Below, piece after piece: positions 10,700 to 23,955 of a stretch of 64,000 nt of DNA. A model generated the notes under the pieces. That model was not told the DNA's origin. It worked only from the letters and a program-made list of their open reading frames with translations, and searched no databases. The stretch lies in contig CATNEN010000033.1 of the NCBI GenBank assembly GCA_950097015.1, positions 2,914,001 through 2,978,000 on the forward strand, written 5' to 3'. A program made the position numbers and the translations under genes. The stretch comes from Macrostomum hystrix. Taxonomy: Eukaryota > Animalia > Platyhelminthes. The stretch's first letter is position 1. The number at the start of each line of letters is the position of its first letter.

Positions 10700-11580
10700 T
10701 TTTCTACATGTGTTTACCAGTATTCTAAATGTGTTTACCAGTATTCTAAAAGTGTTTACCAGTATTCTAAATGTGTTTACCAGTATTCTAAATGTTTTTA
10801 ACCGTATTTCAAATGTGTTTACCAGTATTCTAAATGTTTTTACCAGTATTCTAAATGTGTTTACCAGTATTCTAAATGTGTTTACCAGTATTCTAAATGT
10901 TTTTAACAGTTTTTTAAATGTGTTTACCAGTATTCTAAAAGTGTTTACCAGTTTTCTAAATGTTTTTACCAGTATTCTAAATGTTTTTAACCGTATTTTA
11001 AATGTGTTTACCAGTATTCTAAATGTGTTTACCAGTATTCTAAATGTTTTTACCAGTATTCTAAATGTGTTTACCAGTATTCTAAATGTGTTTACCAGTA
11101 TTCTAAATGTTTTTAACAGTTTTTTAAATTTGTTTACCAGTATTCTAAATGTGTTTACCAGTATTCTAAATGTGTTTACCAGTATTCTAAATGTTTTTAA
11201 CAGTTTTCTAAATGTGTTTACCAGTATTCTAAAAGTGTTTACCAGTTTTCTAAATGTGTTTACCAGTATTCTAAATGTGTTTACCAGTATTCTAAATGTT
11301 TTTAATTAACAGTTTTCTAAATGTGTTTACCAGTATTCTAAAAGTGTTTACCAGTTTTCTAAATGTGTTTACCAGTATTCTAAATTTGTTTTACAGTATT
11401 CTAAACGTGTTTAACAGTTTTCTAAAACTGGGTCTCGGTATTCTAAATGTGTTTTATAGTTCTCTAAATGTGTCTAAAAGTTTTCTAAGTGTGGATTAAC
11501 TGCTTTCTAAATGTGTTTACCAGTTTTCTAAATGTGTTTACAAGTTTTCTAAAAGTGTTTAACAGTTTTCTAAGTGGGTT
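10700..11580. repeat. 21-bp minisatellite (aaatgtgtttaccagtattct)
   Basis: About 40 imperfect tandem copies. Confidence 0.95.
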
Positions 11581-11589
11581 TTCCAGTAT

Positions 11590-12365
11590 TCTTTGCTGCT
11601 GGTGGGAATTACTGCTCTGCTGCTGGGGTGGAATTACTGCTCTGCTGCTGGGGGGATTACTGCTCTGCTGCTGGGGGGGAATTACTGCTCTGCTGCTGGG
11701 GAGGAATTACTGCTCTGCTGCTGGGGAGGAATTACTGCTCTGCTGCTGGGGGGAATTACTGCTCTGCTGCTGGGGGGGAATTGCTGCTTTGCTGCTGGGG
11801 GGGGGGAATTACTGCTTTGCTGCTGGGGGAATCACTGCTCTGCTGCTGGGGGGGAATTACTGCTTTGCTGCTGGGGAGGAATTACTGCTCTGCTGCTGGG
11901 GGGAATTACTGCTTTGCTGCTGGGGGGGAATTACTGCTTTGCTGCTGGGGGGGGAATTACTGCTCTGCTGCTGGGGGGGGGAATTACTGCTCTGCTGCTG
12001 GGGGAGAATTACTGCTTTGCTGCTGGGGGGGGGAATTACTGCTCTGCTGCTGGGGGAGAATTACTGCTTTGCTGCTGGGGGGGGGAATTACTGCTTTGCT
12101 GCTGGGGAGGAATTACTGCTCTGCTGCTGGGGGGAATTACTGCTTTGCTGCTGGGGGGAATTACTGCTTTGCTGCTGGGGGGGGAAATTACTGCTCTGCT
12201 GCTGGGGGGGGAATTACTGCTCTGCTGCTGGGGGGGGGGGGAATTACTGCTCTGCTGCTGGGGGGGGAATTACTGCTCTGCTGCTGGGGGGGGGAATTAC
12301 TGCTCTGCTGCTGTGGGGAATTACCGCTTTGCTGCTGGGGTGGAATTACTTCTCTGCAGCTGGGG
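11590..12365. repeat. About 22-25-bp minisatellite (gggaattactgctctgctgctggg) with a variable G run
   Basis: Directly visible tandem copies. Confidence 0.95.
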
Positions 12366-13339
12366 AGACACTGGTTTTTTACTGCTGAGGGGATAGTTTT
12401 CACATGTACTTAAGTAGCATTAAGCTGAGTTGTATCAAACGTAAGTTACTTGTGTAATTTTGCCCCGATGGGGCTCTTGGTGTACAGACTGAATGTCTCA
12501 GACAGACTATTTTTGTATTTAGTGAGAATTCAAATTTTCGTTGAATCGCAATCACATACGAGTGTATATTTGCAATCAGGGAAATTAATACTGACGACAT
12601 GAGTTTTCATTTTTGTTTGCTTTCAGGTTTATTTTGTCCTTCTGCATTACACAATATTTTTGTTTGAACAGTAGTGCCCCCCAAAGGGGGGCTTAGTGTG
12701 CTAGTGTATATACTAAAATTCACGTGTTGTTGGTCTGTCTGTCATTTCGACATCTCCTCCTAGAATACTGGCAACTCAGCGTTGAAACATATGGGAAAAT
12801 GGGAGATTTTCCAAAGTCGGCTATAGGCTATTTTAAATCTGAAATTTCAAATTCTAAGATCCTCAAAAAAGCAAAATGGGAATAACATAGCTTTTAATGG
12901 GCCTTTGTTCTTTCCGCTGAGATGAAATTGGCCTCGGTTAAATGAGTTGCGTCAACATTTTGTTCCTATCTGTTCAGTGTATTTTCTCTCCAGTGGAGGG
13001 TTGGCAGTCGGTTTGAAAATGGGGCGGAGAGGTGGCCGCACGCACATTCTAACTGCCTCTGTGTATTGGCGGAGAGGTGGCCGCACGCACATTCTAACTG
13101 CCTCTGAGTATTGGCGGAGAGAGTGTGCCGCGAGTCCTTTCTATTGAGGGGTCTGATTTGTTCAATATTGAAGTGCGTACAACGGGCTGTTGCATTTTAT
13201 TTATGAAATTCTGAGCAGAGAGGAATTGGTTTACAAATAAAGCTGCCCTGGGGCTACCTTACTGTCCTCAAAATGGACTATTTTAACTTAAAGTGATTTA
13301 AGGTTCACGGAGTTCTCTTCGCATAGTTAGAGTTTGACG

Positions 13340-14105
13340 GATGGGAGATGAGGCGATGGGAGAACGAGCGATGGGAGATGAGGCGATGGGAGATCAGGCG
13401 ATGGGAGATCAGGCGATGGGAGATCAGGCGATGGGAGATCAGGCGATGGGAGATGAGGCGATGGGAGATGAGGCGATGGGAGAGAGATCAGGCGATGGGA
13501 GATCAGGCGATGGGAGAGCAGGCGACTGGAGAACAGGCGATGGGAGATCAGGCGATGGGAGATCAGGCGATGGGAGATGAGGCGATGGGAGAGAGATCAG
13601 GCGATGGGAGTTCAGGCGATGGGAGAGCAGGCGATGGGAGAACAGGCGATGGGAGATGAGGCGATGGGAGATCAGGCGATGGGAGGGAGTTCAGGCGATG
13701 GGAGGTTAGGCGATGGGAGATGAGGCGATGGGAGATCAGGCGATGGGAGGGAGATAAGGCGATGGGAGGTTAGGCGATGGGAGATGAGGCGATGGGAGAT
13801 CAGGCGATGTGAGGGAGATGAGGCAATTGGAGGTTAGGAGATGGGAGATCAGGCGATTAAAGATCAGGCGATTAGAGATCAGGCGATGGGAGATGAGGCG
13901 ATGGGAGATAAGGCGATGGGAGATGAGGCGATGGGAGGGAGATGAGGCGATGGGAGATCAGGCGATGGGAGATCAGGCGGTTAGATATAAGACGATGGGA
14001 GATGAGACGATGGGAGATGAGACGATGGGAGATAAGGCGATGGGAGATGAGGCGATGGGAGATGAGGCGATGGGAGTTGAGGCGATGGGAGTTGAGGCGA
14101 TGGGA
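13340..14105. repeat. 15-bp minisatellite (gatgggagatgaggc)
   Basis: Directly visible tandem copies. Confidence 0.95.
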
Positions 14106-15253
14106 GTTTGCTCCCCTCAACTTTCTCTGTAGCTGCAGTGATTCACTGGAAAAGTACATTTATCTGGAGACTAAATGTGTTTTCCCTAATACTCCTGCAG
14201 TCCCCAGTGTTTGATGTCACAGACATTGACTGTACACATTAGAAAACTTTAATTGTTTAACAATGTGAATTCTAATACTGTTGGCCAATGGTACCAGTGA
14301 AACTCAAAACGGTATCACAACCATCTGATGTTAATATAAGTAGTAGATATCTAACGAATGAGAGAAATGTGCAGGTTTAAAAAAGCTTTTAATCAACCAA
14401 AAATCAAAGTCAAACTTCTAGATTTCTTGTGCATTTCAGAACCTTAACTGTATAGGTCATACAGCTCTTTCTGACAATACCATTTTTATTTGGCCTGAAT
14501 ATATTGTTTTATTTGGCCAGAATATATTGTTTTATTTTGGCCAGAAATGACAGAAAAATGGTATAGGAGGCACAATTAGTAATATTTTTATGATAGTCAT
14601 TGTTAGCTATCACTGAAAAGTGAAAATTAGTCATCACAAAGCAGTCATTTATTTTATTCATTATAGCTATAACAACAAAATGTGTGCACATATATTTAGG
14701 TAAATATTGGATTGAATCATTACTTCACTAACCATTGACAAAAAAACGAATTACTGTATAAGAATATGTATACAACGTATGTAACTTCAACTGGTTAGAA
14801 AAAATGAGTTTTGCTTCCAATTGTATATAAAATAATGTTGCAATGAAATAATATATTTTAAAGAGGTTTTTATGGCTAACTTCTAAACTTTGTATAGTTT
14901 ACAACTAAATATAGTTATAAACCCCAGCTTCTTTTAAATAGGCCTATCTGGAAGATGAAGGTGGACTGAGTGAGTGCTGACATAAATAAATAAAGAAATC
15001 TAAAATCATATATGTAAAAATGCTTGTCAAGATATTTTGAGAATCCAAAAATTTCAAATTTAATGGGATTGCAGGTTTTTAAACAATAAACTATAAGTAT
15101 TTTTACAAAACTGATCTTTCTCATGTTCGAGAAAAAAACGATCTGGATATACATTGATTGTAAAAATGATGATTATTGTTAACTAGCACATTCAAACATT
15201 TTAAGCATTGTGTTTCATAGTTGTTTTAACTGTAAAATCATTCAAGTCCTGCT

Positions 15254-15631
15254 TCAGAGGGCGCATTCTTGAAGACAATATGCTTCTTCAGCCAGGCTTA
15301 CGATCGAGTTTGCTGGAACTTTAGCTTCAGTGCGCTTGTTAGCTTCAACAGAAGATCTTGCATGCTTTCTACACCACAGATGGACAAAAATGGCAGCAAA
15401 AATTATGACAGCAGCACAAATAGAGATGACAATAACAAGCAGGATTTTGGTGCTGAAGGCAAGTTGATCCAGCAAAGAATTTGACTCTGATCGCGTCGTC
15501 CAGCTGACTTCTCGATTATTTGATGAATTCGTTGAAGTTGTCGTACTCGAACTAACTATTGAAAGCGTTGAATTGATGACACGTTGATCGAACTCAACCA
15601 TGCTCTCCAATATATCCATAACGGATGTCAT
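15254..15631 (-). CDS. Orphan 125-aa single-pass membrane protein
   Basis: ATG in caccATG context. Ser/Thr-rich N-terminus with NST/NSS sequons, hydrophobic helix ILLVIVISICAAVIIFAAIFVHLW, then basic stop-transfer CRKHAR. Non-repetitive ORF within AT-rich DNA. Confidence 0.6.
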   Translation of the reverse strand: MTSVMDILESMVEFDQRVINSTLSIVSSSTTTSTNSSNNREVSWTTRSESNSLLDQLAFSTKILLVIVISICAAVIIFAAIFVHLWCRKHARSSVEANKRTEAKVPANSIVSLAEEAYCLQECAL

Positions 15632-17424
15632 GGTGACTAGCTTTCAACCGTAAACAATACAAAAAACTTATTAAAGCTTTGGATCTAGGCGATTTTTTAC
15701 CCATCGCGCGTGTTGTTGTCATTTAATAATGACATAAATTAATCCGCAATCCACATTCAGTGAAACTTGGAAATACCAAGTTAAAGTATTTTTGTGATGT
15801 CATTTACTAACTGAAGCTCATTATCCCCTGGCCGTGATTGATATTTAATTAAATATATATTTTTATATTTTTGGAATTTTGCTGCATCGTTTGTTGTTGA
15901 TTCTTTTTAGACATTCTACTTTGTTAAAAAAAACTAAACGAGATAAAAAAAACGACGGTTTATAAAATTTCTTTACGGCCTCTGACAGTCCAGCAATAAA
16001 GTACAAGTTTTTCATTTTAAATTATCCTTAGACTTTTCTTATTTTAGTTCTTTAAAGGTCCCATAGCGGAAAAATCTAATTTGCTCAGTCAAGGACCACT
16101 GGGAGTAGACTTTATTTACTCTAGTGGTCATTGTACTCAGTATACTAACTTACAACTTTACTAAATTACAGCATGTGTGCTTTTGCTTGCAGTTTATACA
16201 TTCTTTGATCAGTTGCTTAAATATATATTTTTATACAGTGCGGTAATATGTTTTATAGCGCCTGTCAGACTACTCCACTGTCTAAAATGGGATTTCTGTG
16301 CATATCAGTAGACATCAGTTAGCATTATGGGCTTTCATTTCTAGACTCATAAAAACATTCATCCCATAATTCCTTCAAGCTATAATCCATTGGGCCTTCA
16401 AATGAAAAATATAATCATTTGAGATCAAATTCAAATTGTACATTCAAATATTCTATTCGGGGACGTCTTGGGAACATATTATGCATAGTGAACTTTGCTA
16501 ATGCTATTAACATGCAAATTAGCCCCCACAAAACTGGCTACATGCGAGCCACTAATATAATTATACTACGGGAGATCAATCGCAAAAGTATAAAAAGCAT
16601 ACAGCAGCTCGCAGAAACCAACTTTTTTATCCAAAGTTTGTTTCGGATCAATTGTACTTAACTGTTTTAACTCGCATACACTGAGACTTATAATATCTAA
16701 TGTTATCGATACGCCCACGAAAAAATACGTTGTAAAATGTTTAAAGCAAACCGCACCGGTATTATACGAGCTTCGATGTTGTTGCTAGGAATCTCTTGGT
16801 TGCTAGGCCACCTCCCCTCTCTGAACGTCCAACTCGAATGCCGCTTGATTGATAAATTCGTCCCAATTGATTGGGTCTCCACACAGAGCGATAATGAATA
16901 GCCTATAGCTTGACTATACTGTAGAGCGAGAGTCCATCATGTGATCAGCGGCTTCATTTCCATGTGGGCGTGCACCGGCCACGTTTCCCTGCAGTGTACT
17001 CAAAGGAAAAAATCTTTCGGAATGAAATTTCAGCTTAGCAATTGAGGCCAGCAGGAATTATTCCCTTTCTTCTGTTAGACCTAATAAATGCCCCAGCTGA
17101 CAGTTTCTGCCGATCTAAATAAAGGACTTGAAAATAAGTCCGAAAAAACGACAAAATAATAACAAGCATGACTAACGGGGAATGGATCCCAAACTGGGAC
17201 ACAGTCAAATTGCTTCTATTTATTAGAAAATAGGTTTTCTCTGAATTCCGCATTCAGGACACTCATAGATCTCGTAACCCGTAAATTTTGCTAGAATTCC
17301 ATGGAAGGTCACCCTTAGCAGCACAAAAGTGTCAATTCCCCCAGTTCACAGCAACATAAGTGCACTCACTTTTCTGTGAGCCCCCCTAGCTTCTCCGTCT
17401 GGTCTTGACTGTAGGTATAATCCA

Positions 17425-18790
17425 TCCTGCGATTCTAGCTACGATTCCTCCTGCGATTCTAGCTACAATTCCTTCTGCGATTCTAGCTACGATTCCTCCT
17501 GCGATTCTAGCTACGAGTCCTCCTGCGATTCTAGCTACGATTCCTCCTGCGATTCTAGCTACGATTCCTCCTGCGATTCTAGCTACGATTCCTCCTGCGA
17601 TTCTAGCTACGATTACTCCTGCGATTCTAGCTACAATTCTTCCTGCGATTCTAGCTACGATTCCTCCTGCGATTCTCGCTACGATTCCTCCTGCGATTCT
17701 CGCTACGATTCCTCCTGCGATTCTCGCTACGATTCCTCCTGAGGTTCAAGCTACGATTCCTCCTGAGGTTCAAGCTACGATTCCTCCTGAGGTTCAAGCT
17801 ACGATTCCTCCTGAGATTCTAGCTACGATTCCTCCTGCGATTCTAGCTACGATTACTCCTGCGATTCTAGCTACAATTCTTCCTGCGATTCTAGCTACGA
17901 TTCCTCCTGCGATTCTCGCTACGATTCCTCCTGCGATTCTCGCTACGATTCCTCCTGCGATTCTCGCTACGATTCCTCCTGAGGTTCAAGCTACGATTCC
18001 TCCTGAGGTTCAAGCTACGATTCCTCCTGAGGTTCAAGCTACGATTCCTCCTGAGGTTCAAGCTACGATTCCTCCTGAGGTTCAAGCTACGATTCCTCCT
18101 GAGATTCTAGCTACGATTCCTCCTGAGATTCTAGCTACGATTCTTCCTGAGATTCTAGCTACGATTCTTCCTGAGATTCTAGCTACGATTACTCCTGAGG
18201 TTCAAGCTACGATTTCTCTTGAGACTCTAGCTACGATTCGTCCTGAGACTCTAGCTACGATTCCTCCTGAGACTCTAGCTACGATTCCTCCTGAGACTCT
18301 AGCTACGATTCCCCCTGAGACTCTAGCTACGATTCCTCCTGAGACTCTAGCTACGATTCCTCCTGAGATTCTAGCTACGATTTCTCTTAAGACTCTAGCT
18401 ACGATTCCTCCTGAGACTCTAGCTACGATTCCTCCTGAGATTCTAGCTACGATTTCTCCTGAGATTCTAGCTACGATTCCTCCTGAGATTCTAGCTACGA
18501 TTTCTCTTGAGACTTTAGCTACGATTCCTCCTGAGATTCTAGCTACGATTCCTCCTGAGATTCTAGCTAGCTACGATTTCTCTTGAGACTCTAGCTACGA
18601 TTCCTCCTGAGATTCTAGCTACGATTCCTCCTGCGATTCTAGCTACGATTCCTCCTGCGATTCTAGCTACGATTACTCTTGAGGTTCAAGCTACGAGTCC
18701 TCCTGAGATTCTAGCTACGATTCCTCCTGAGATTCTAGCTACGATTCCTCCTGAGATTCTAGCTACGATTCCTCCTGCGATTCTAGCTAA
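17425..18790. repeat. 24-bp minisatellite (gattctagctacgattcctcctgc) with an internal 240-bp block duplication
   Basis: The variant block gattactcct...ctacaattct recurs at 17611 and 17851. Confidence 0.95.
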
Positions 18791-19064
18791 GACTGTTGTA
18801 CTCGTACTTTAACTATCTTTGTTGTTAGTTGACCGATGCCGCTGCTTAAGCAGCCATAGACTGTTCTGTACCCCACTTAATAAGTGCGCGAGGCCCAGCC
18901 CCTCGCAAATATATTCACCTTCTTGCGTTCCCTTCTGCATCTCGCATTAACGACTTAGTTACAAAGACTCCTGCTCTGGTTCTTGCTGTTCTTGCTGAAA
19001 GAAACCTTCATGAATCTAGTGTCACAGTCCATACCGTCCGTACGAGCTCGTACCCATACGAGCA

Positions 19065-20195
19065 GTCCACACAGTCCACACAGACCACACAGTCCACACA
19101 ATCCACACAGTCCACACAATCCACACAGTCCACACAGTCCACACAGACCACACAGTCCACACAATCCACACAGACCACACAGTCCACACAGTCCACACAG
19201 TCCACACAGTCCACACAATCCACACAGTCCACACAGTCCACACAGTCCACACAGTCCACACAGTCCACACAGTCCACACAGTCCACACAGTCCACACAAT
19301 CCACACAGTCCACACAGTCCACACAGTCCACACAGTCCACACAATCCACACAGACCACACAGTCCACACAATCCACACAGTCCACACAGTCCACACAATC
19401 CACACAGTCCACACAATCCACACAGTCCACACAGTCCACACAGACCACACAGTCCACACAATCCACACAGACCACACAGTCCACACAGTCCACACAGTCC
19501 ACACAGACCACACAGACCACACAGTCCACACAGACCACACAGTCCACACAGTCCACACAGTCCACACAGACCACACAGTCCACACAATCCACACAGACCA
19601 CACAGTCCACACAATCCACACAGTCCACACAGTCCACACAGTCCACACAGTCCACACAGACTACACAGACCACACAGTCCACACAGTCCACACTGACCAC
19701 ACAGACCACACAGACCACACAGTCCACACTGACCACACAGACCACACAGACCACACAGTCCACACAGACCACACAATCCACACAGTCCACACAGTCCACA
19801 CAGACCACACAGTCCACACAGTCCACACAGACCACACAGACCACACAATCCACACAGTCCACACAGTCCACACAGTCCACACAGTCCACACAGTCCACAC
19901 AGTCCACACAGACCACACAGTCCACACAATCCACACAGTCCACACAGTCCACACAATCCACACAGTCCACACAATCCACACAGTCCACACAGTCCACACA
20001 GACCACACAGTCCACACAATCCACACAGACCACACAGTCCACACAGTCCACACAGTCCACACAGACCACACAGACCACACAGTCCACACAGACCACACAG
20101 TCCACACAGTCCACACAGACCACACAGTCCACACAGTCCACACAGTCCACACAGTCCACACAGTCCACACAGACCACACAGTCCACACAGACCAC
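19065..20195. repeat. 9-bp minisatellite (cacacagtc)
   Basis: About 125 copies with gtc/atc/gac variants. Confidence 0.97.
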
Positions 20196-20789
20196 AAGGT
20201 TGACGGCGACATATGATTTCGACTTGCCACTTGCTTACCTAATTTGTCTCTTTTATTTGGCCCTTGTGATCTGGGGTACCTCCATCTCTTATCCTTATTT
20301 TCTTTCGTTCCTCTTCCCCTGACTCTCCATCCCCCAGCCTCTCTATCTCATTCTTTCCCTCTTTATCTGCTTCTCCCAGTCGTGCTGCAGGCTGCACAAA
20401 CCAGATTGATCAGCAGTGTAATTAAACACATCAGAAACAGCTGGACCTGAGTCGTGCACTTTACTCAGCTCGAGAAGAAGCCGCGGAGCTCCGAGTCTGG
20501 CTCTGAGTCGCCCCGCGCAGGACTCAAATTTCCAGCCTTCCAGACTGTCTTTTAGGCGTCGTCGACCTTTTTTCAGAATTTTTCGGCCGCTATTCAGAGC
20601 AAAGTTTATTGCCTTTTCTTGAGCCCCCGAAATATCAACTTTCTGTCCCCACCATCCCACCCTTTTCTTCCCTCTGATAGCGTTCTCTAAACAGTTTGGA
20701 CCTGAACTCAGCTTCTGCAACTTTCATCAGCCTTCTGCTCCCACCCATGATTCAACTACTTTGTAGGAATTTACTGGAATCTATGAATC

Positions 20790-21308
20790 TCACCCTCATC
20801 CTCTCCCTCTCCCTCTCCCTCTCCCCCTCCCTCTCCCTCTCCCTCTCCCTCTCCCTCTCCCTCTCCCTCTCCCTCTCCCTCTCCTCTCCCTCTCCCTCTC
20901 CCTCTCCCTCTCCCTCTCCCTCTCCCTCTCCCTCTCCCTCTCCCTCTCCTCTCCCTCTCCCTCTCCCTCTCCCTCTCCCTCTCCCTCTCCCTCTCCCTCT
21001 CCCTCTCCCTCTCCCTCTCCCTCTCCCTCTCCCTCTCCCTCTCCCCCTCCCTCTCCCTCTCCCTCTCCCTCTCCCTCTCCCTCTCCCTCGCCCTCTCCCT
21101 CTCCCTCTCCTCTCCCTCGCCCTCTCCCTCTCCCTCTCCTCTCCCTCTCCCTCTCCCTCTCCTCTCCCTCTCCCTCTCCCTCTCCCTCTCCTCTCCCTCT
21201 CCCTCTCCCTCTCCCTCTCCATCACACACACACACACTGACACACACACACAAACACTCACACACACACACACTCACACACACAGACACTCACACACACA
21301 CACAGACA

Positions 21309-21348
<40 letters not shown>

Positions 21349-21365
21349 CTCACACACACACCGAC
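20790..21365. repeat. (ctctcc)n followed by (ca)n microsatellite
   Basis: Directly visible. Confidence 0.97.
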
Positions 21366-22164
21366 AGACTCACTTATTTCTCATTTTGCATGCTTTGCCT
21401 GGGGAACAAGTCACTATGAAAGACCCAATTTAACTGTTGGGAATTTCTCCCAATAGAGCAGATTTGGCATTCATGGTTAGCGGTGCCTGCATCCACACAG
21501 AGGCCATTGTGAGTGAGTCGCAGATGCTGTCAGGGCTGACTGTACAACTGCCCATAGCGTTTTATCTCCAATTTTTTATCCCAACTTAATCAGTCGGGAG
21601 AATTAGAACCTGTCTATGGAAATTGCTGCCCTCTGCCAGCCCCAACAGCTGAGCATCTCACAACAGGTCTCTCAGGTCACTATATTATCCTGAGAGTGGC
21701 CTCATCCAATGATGGCAACAGCGCCGAGCCCTCACACTGTACAGCCAATCCCAGATGCGGCTTAAATAATCACTTTAAAACTGTCGTCCGCCCGTCTCAA
21801 ACAGCTGCCATCCGCGAGGAACCACCAGCTGGAGAAACTGCTCAAAGTGTACATTGTAAGTTCTGATAAAAAGATTGCTTCAAGCATAGCTGCTCATTAT
21901 CATACCAATCTATGCATTTTAGGCTTTATCAACAGTCACTGCTAAATAATCTAACTTTGGCCTTTGTAAATAGTAATTCTTTTCCGCCTAATGTAGCTAC
22001 AGTGTTTGGTCTAAACGATAACAAAAGGTATCCGCTATTAGTTCCCACAGTTCTAGTCAATTACTGCTAGAAGATGGACTCACATACTTCTTATTTTTGA
22101 GCTCGTTTGTACTTTTTATATCTAGGCTCAGCAAACTTTTGATAAGAGCACCACAGGTCTCTCA

Positions 22165-23205
22165 CCCTAGTTCAACTCCAGTTGTCACTCCAGTTGTCAC
22201 TCCAGTTATCATTCCAGTTGTCACTCCAGTTGTCACTCCAGTTATCATTCCAGTTGTCACTCCAGTTGTCACTCCAGTTATCATTCCAGTTGTCACTCCA
22301 GTTGTCACCCCAGTTGTCACTCCAGTTGTCACTCCAGTTGTCACTCCAGTTGTCACTCCAGTTGTCACTCCAGTTATCATTCCAGTTGTCACTCCAGTTG
22401 TCACTCCAGTTGTCACTCCAGTTGTCACTCCAGTTGTCACCCCAGTTGTCACTCCAGTTGTCACTCCAGTTGTCACTCCAGTTGTCACTCCAGTTGTCAC
22501 TCCAGTTATCATTCCAGTTGTCACTCCAGTTGTCACCCCAGTTGTCACTCCAGTTGTCACTCCAGTTGTCACTCCAGTTGTCACTCCAGTTGTCACTCCA
22601 GTTATCATTCCAGTTGTCACTCCAGTTGTCACTCCAGTTGTCACTCCAGTTATCATTCCAGTTGTCACTCCAGTTGTCACTCCAGTTGTCACTCCAGTTG
22701 TCACTCCAGTTGTCACTCCAGTTGTCACTCCAGTTGTCACTCCAGTTGTCACTCCAGTTATCATTACAGTTGTCACTCCAGTTGTCACTCCAGTTATCAT
22801 TCCAGTTGTCACTCCAGTTGTCATTCCAGTTGTCACTCCAGTTATCATTCCAGTTGTCACTCCAGTTGTCACTCCAGTTGTCACTCCAGTTGTCACTCCA
22901 GTTGTCACTCCAGTTGTCATTCCAGTTGTCACTCCAGTTGTCACTCCAGTTGTCACTCCAGTTATCATTCCAGTTGTCACTCCAGTTGTCATTCCAGTTG
23001 TCACTCCAGTTATCATTCCAGTTGTCACTCCAGTTGTCACTCCAGTTGTCACTCCAGTTGTCACTCCAGTTGTCACTCCAGTTATCATTCCAGTTGTCAC
23101 TCCAGTTGTCATTCCAGTTATCATTCCAGTTGTCACTCCAGTTATCATTCCAGTTGTCACTCCAGTTGTCACTCCAGTTATCATTCCAGTTGTCACTCCA
23201 GATGT
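22165..23205. repeat. 12-bp minisatellite (tccagttgtcac)
   Basis: About 87 copies with an atcatt variant. Confidence 0.97.
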
Positions 23206-23587
23206 CACTGGCTTCTCGAGTTTGTCTCGACTTACAAGCTCAGCTGCCTCCGGGAGCCCCCGCCTCACTCCAAAGATTCCCTCCGGACTGGCAGTTAGTG
23301 AAAGCCATTCATTCTACACCTCAGACTGAGAATTCGCGTCTCATTTGCTCAACTTTTCTTCTCTTGTCGTTTCCTTGTTCCAATTTCGATTTCTACGGCT
23401 CCTCGTTACCCCAATTTGCGATGCCCAAAAGTGCGTGCAGCCCGTGCGGTGCGGACAGACATGACTAGTTTAGTCAATAATACATTTACTACCACCCTGG
23501 TAGATTGTATAAACCGGAGTTGGAATCGCAGCTAAAATGTCAGAAGAAGCCGTAGCTGGAATCGCAGCAGGAGTCAGAGCTAGAATC

Positions 23588-23955
23588 AGGGGGGTCGGTG
23601 GCACAGCGGTTATCGCGTTTGCCTCTCGCACCAAGGTCCCTAAGCTCGATTCCACGGCGAGGCCACATTTATTTGGGGCGCAGCCGCGGAGAGAAGGCTT
23701 GGGGGCTTGTCAATTTACGCCCTTGAGGGCCAATCTCCAAGGCACAGTGAAATGTACACTGCCTGACGATGAGAAAGTCAGGGCAGATGTACACACCTGT
23801 GTGAGCGTGTGTCTGCGTACAGTATCTGTGCGCGTGTGTGGTCAGGAGTCAGCGAAATGGGCAGAATTGAGCGAAATGCGCGCTGGCTGCGGGTCGAGTG
23901 TCACCAAATGATGTGCTATTGCCCGCAGACCTCCTGCAATTATTTTTATTACATT
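23588..23955 (+). mobile_element. tRNA-derived SINE, full length, with a 9-bp TSD
   Basis: Box A TGGCACAGCGG, degenerate box B AGCTCGATTCC, AT-rich tail, TSD gctagaatc at 23579-23587 and 23956-23964. A second copy lies at 60091-60426. Confidence 0.85.

Larger units (their letters stand above)
9508..12704 (+). mobile_element. Probable non-autonomous Helitron carrying two minisatellites
   Basis: 5' TC start (tctaatacctaaa) followed by (ctgt)n. Internal STPR-like ORF. 3' hairpin GCCCCCC-AAA-GGGGGGC (12676-12692), then 8 nt, CTAG (12701-12704) and T. The 5' end is uncertain. Confidence 0.55.
17370..23287 (-). other. Putative exons of an unidentified minus-strand gene (23236-23287, 18919-18994, 17370-17408)
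   Basis: 23236-23287 has cactaac branch point, tgccag acceptor and gtaagt donor ([17 protein letters not shown]). 18919-18994 has tttcag and gtgaat. 17370-17408 has cctacag and gtgagt. Minisatellites fill the intervals. No complete ORF could be assembled. Confidence 0.35.

Noticed and set aside
16030-17030. Possible TTAA-flanked non-autonomous transposon starting ttaaaggtcccatag
   Set aside because: No matching inverted right end was found.
21481-21855. Plus-strand micro-exons 21481-21508 and 21805-21855 with gtgagt/gtaagt donors
   Set aside because: Splice signals are plausible, but no frame gave a recognisable or extendable protein, so they are left uncalled.
22097-23329. Mucin-like (VVTP)n ORF with non-repetitive ends
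   Set aside because: Open in several frames. A strong minus-strand exon with a gtaagt donor abuts the array, which explains the unique tail and makes the array intronic.
23750-23795. Hammerhead-like CTGACGA-tga-GAAA-GTC in the SINE (also near 60240)
   Set aside because: No helix II or III can form and helix I would start with a mismatch. The segment folds better as a simple long hairpin.
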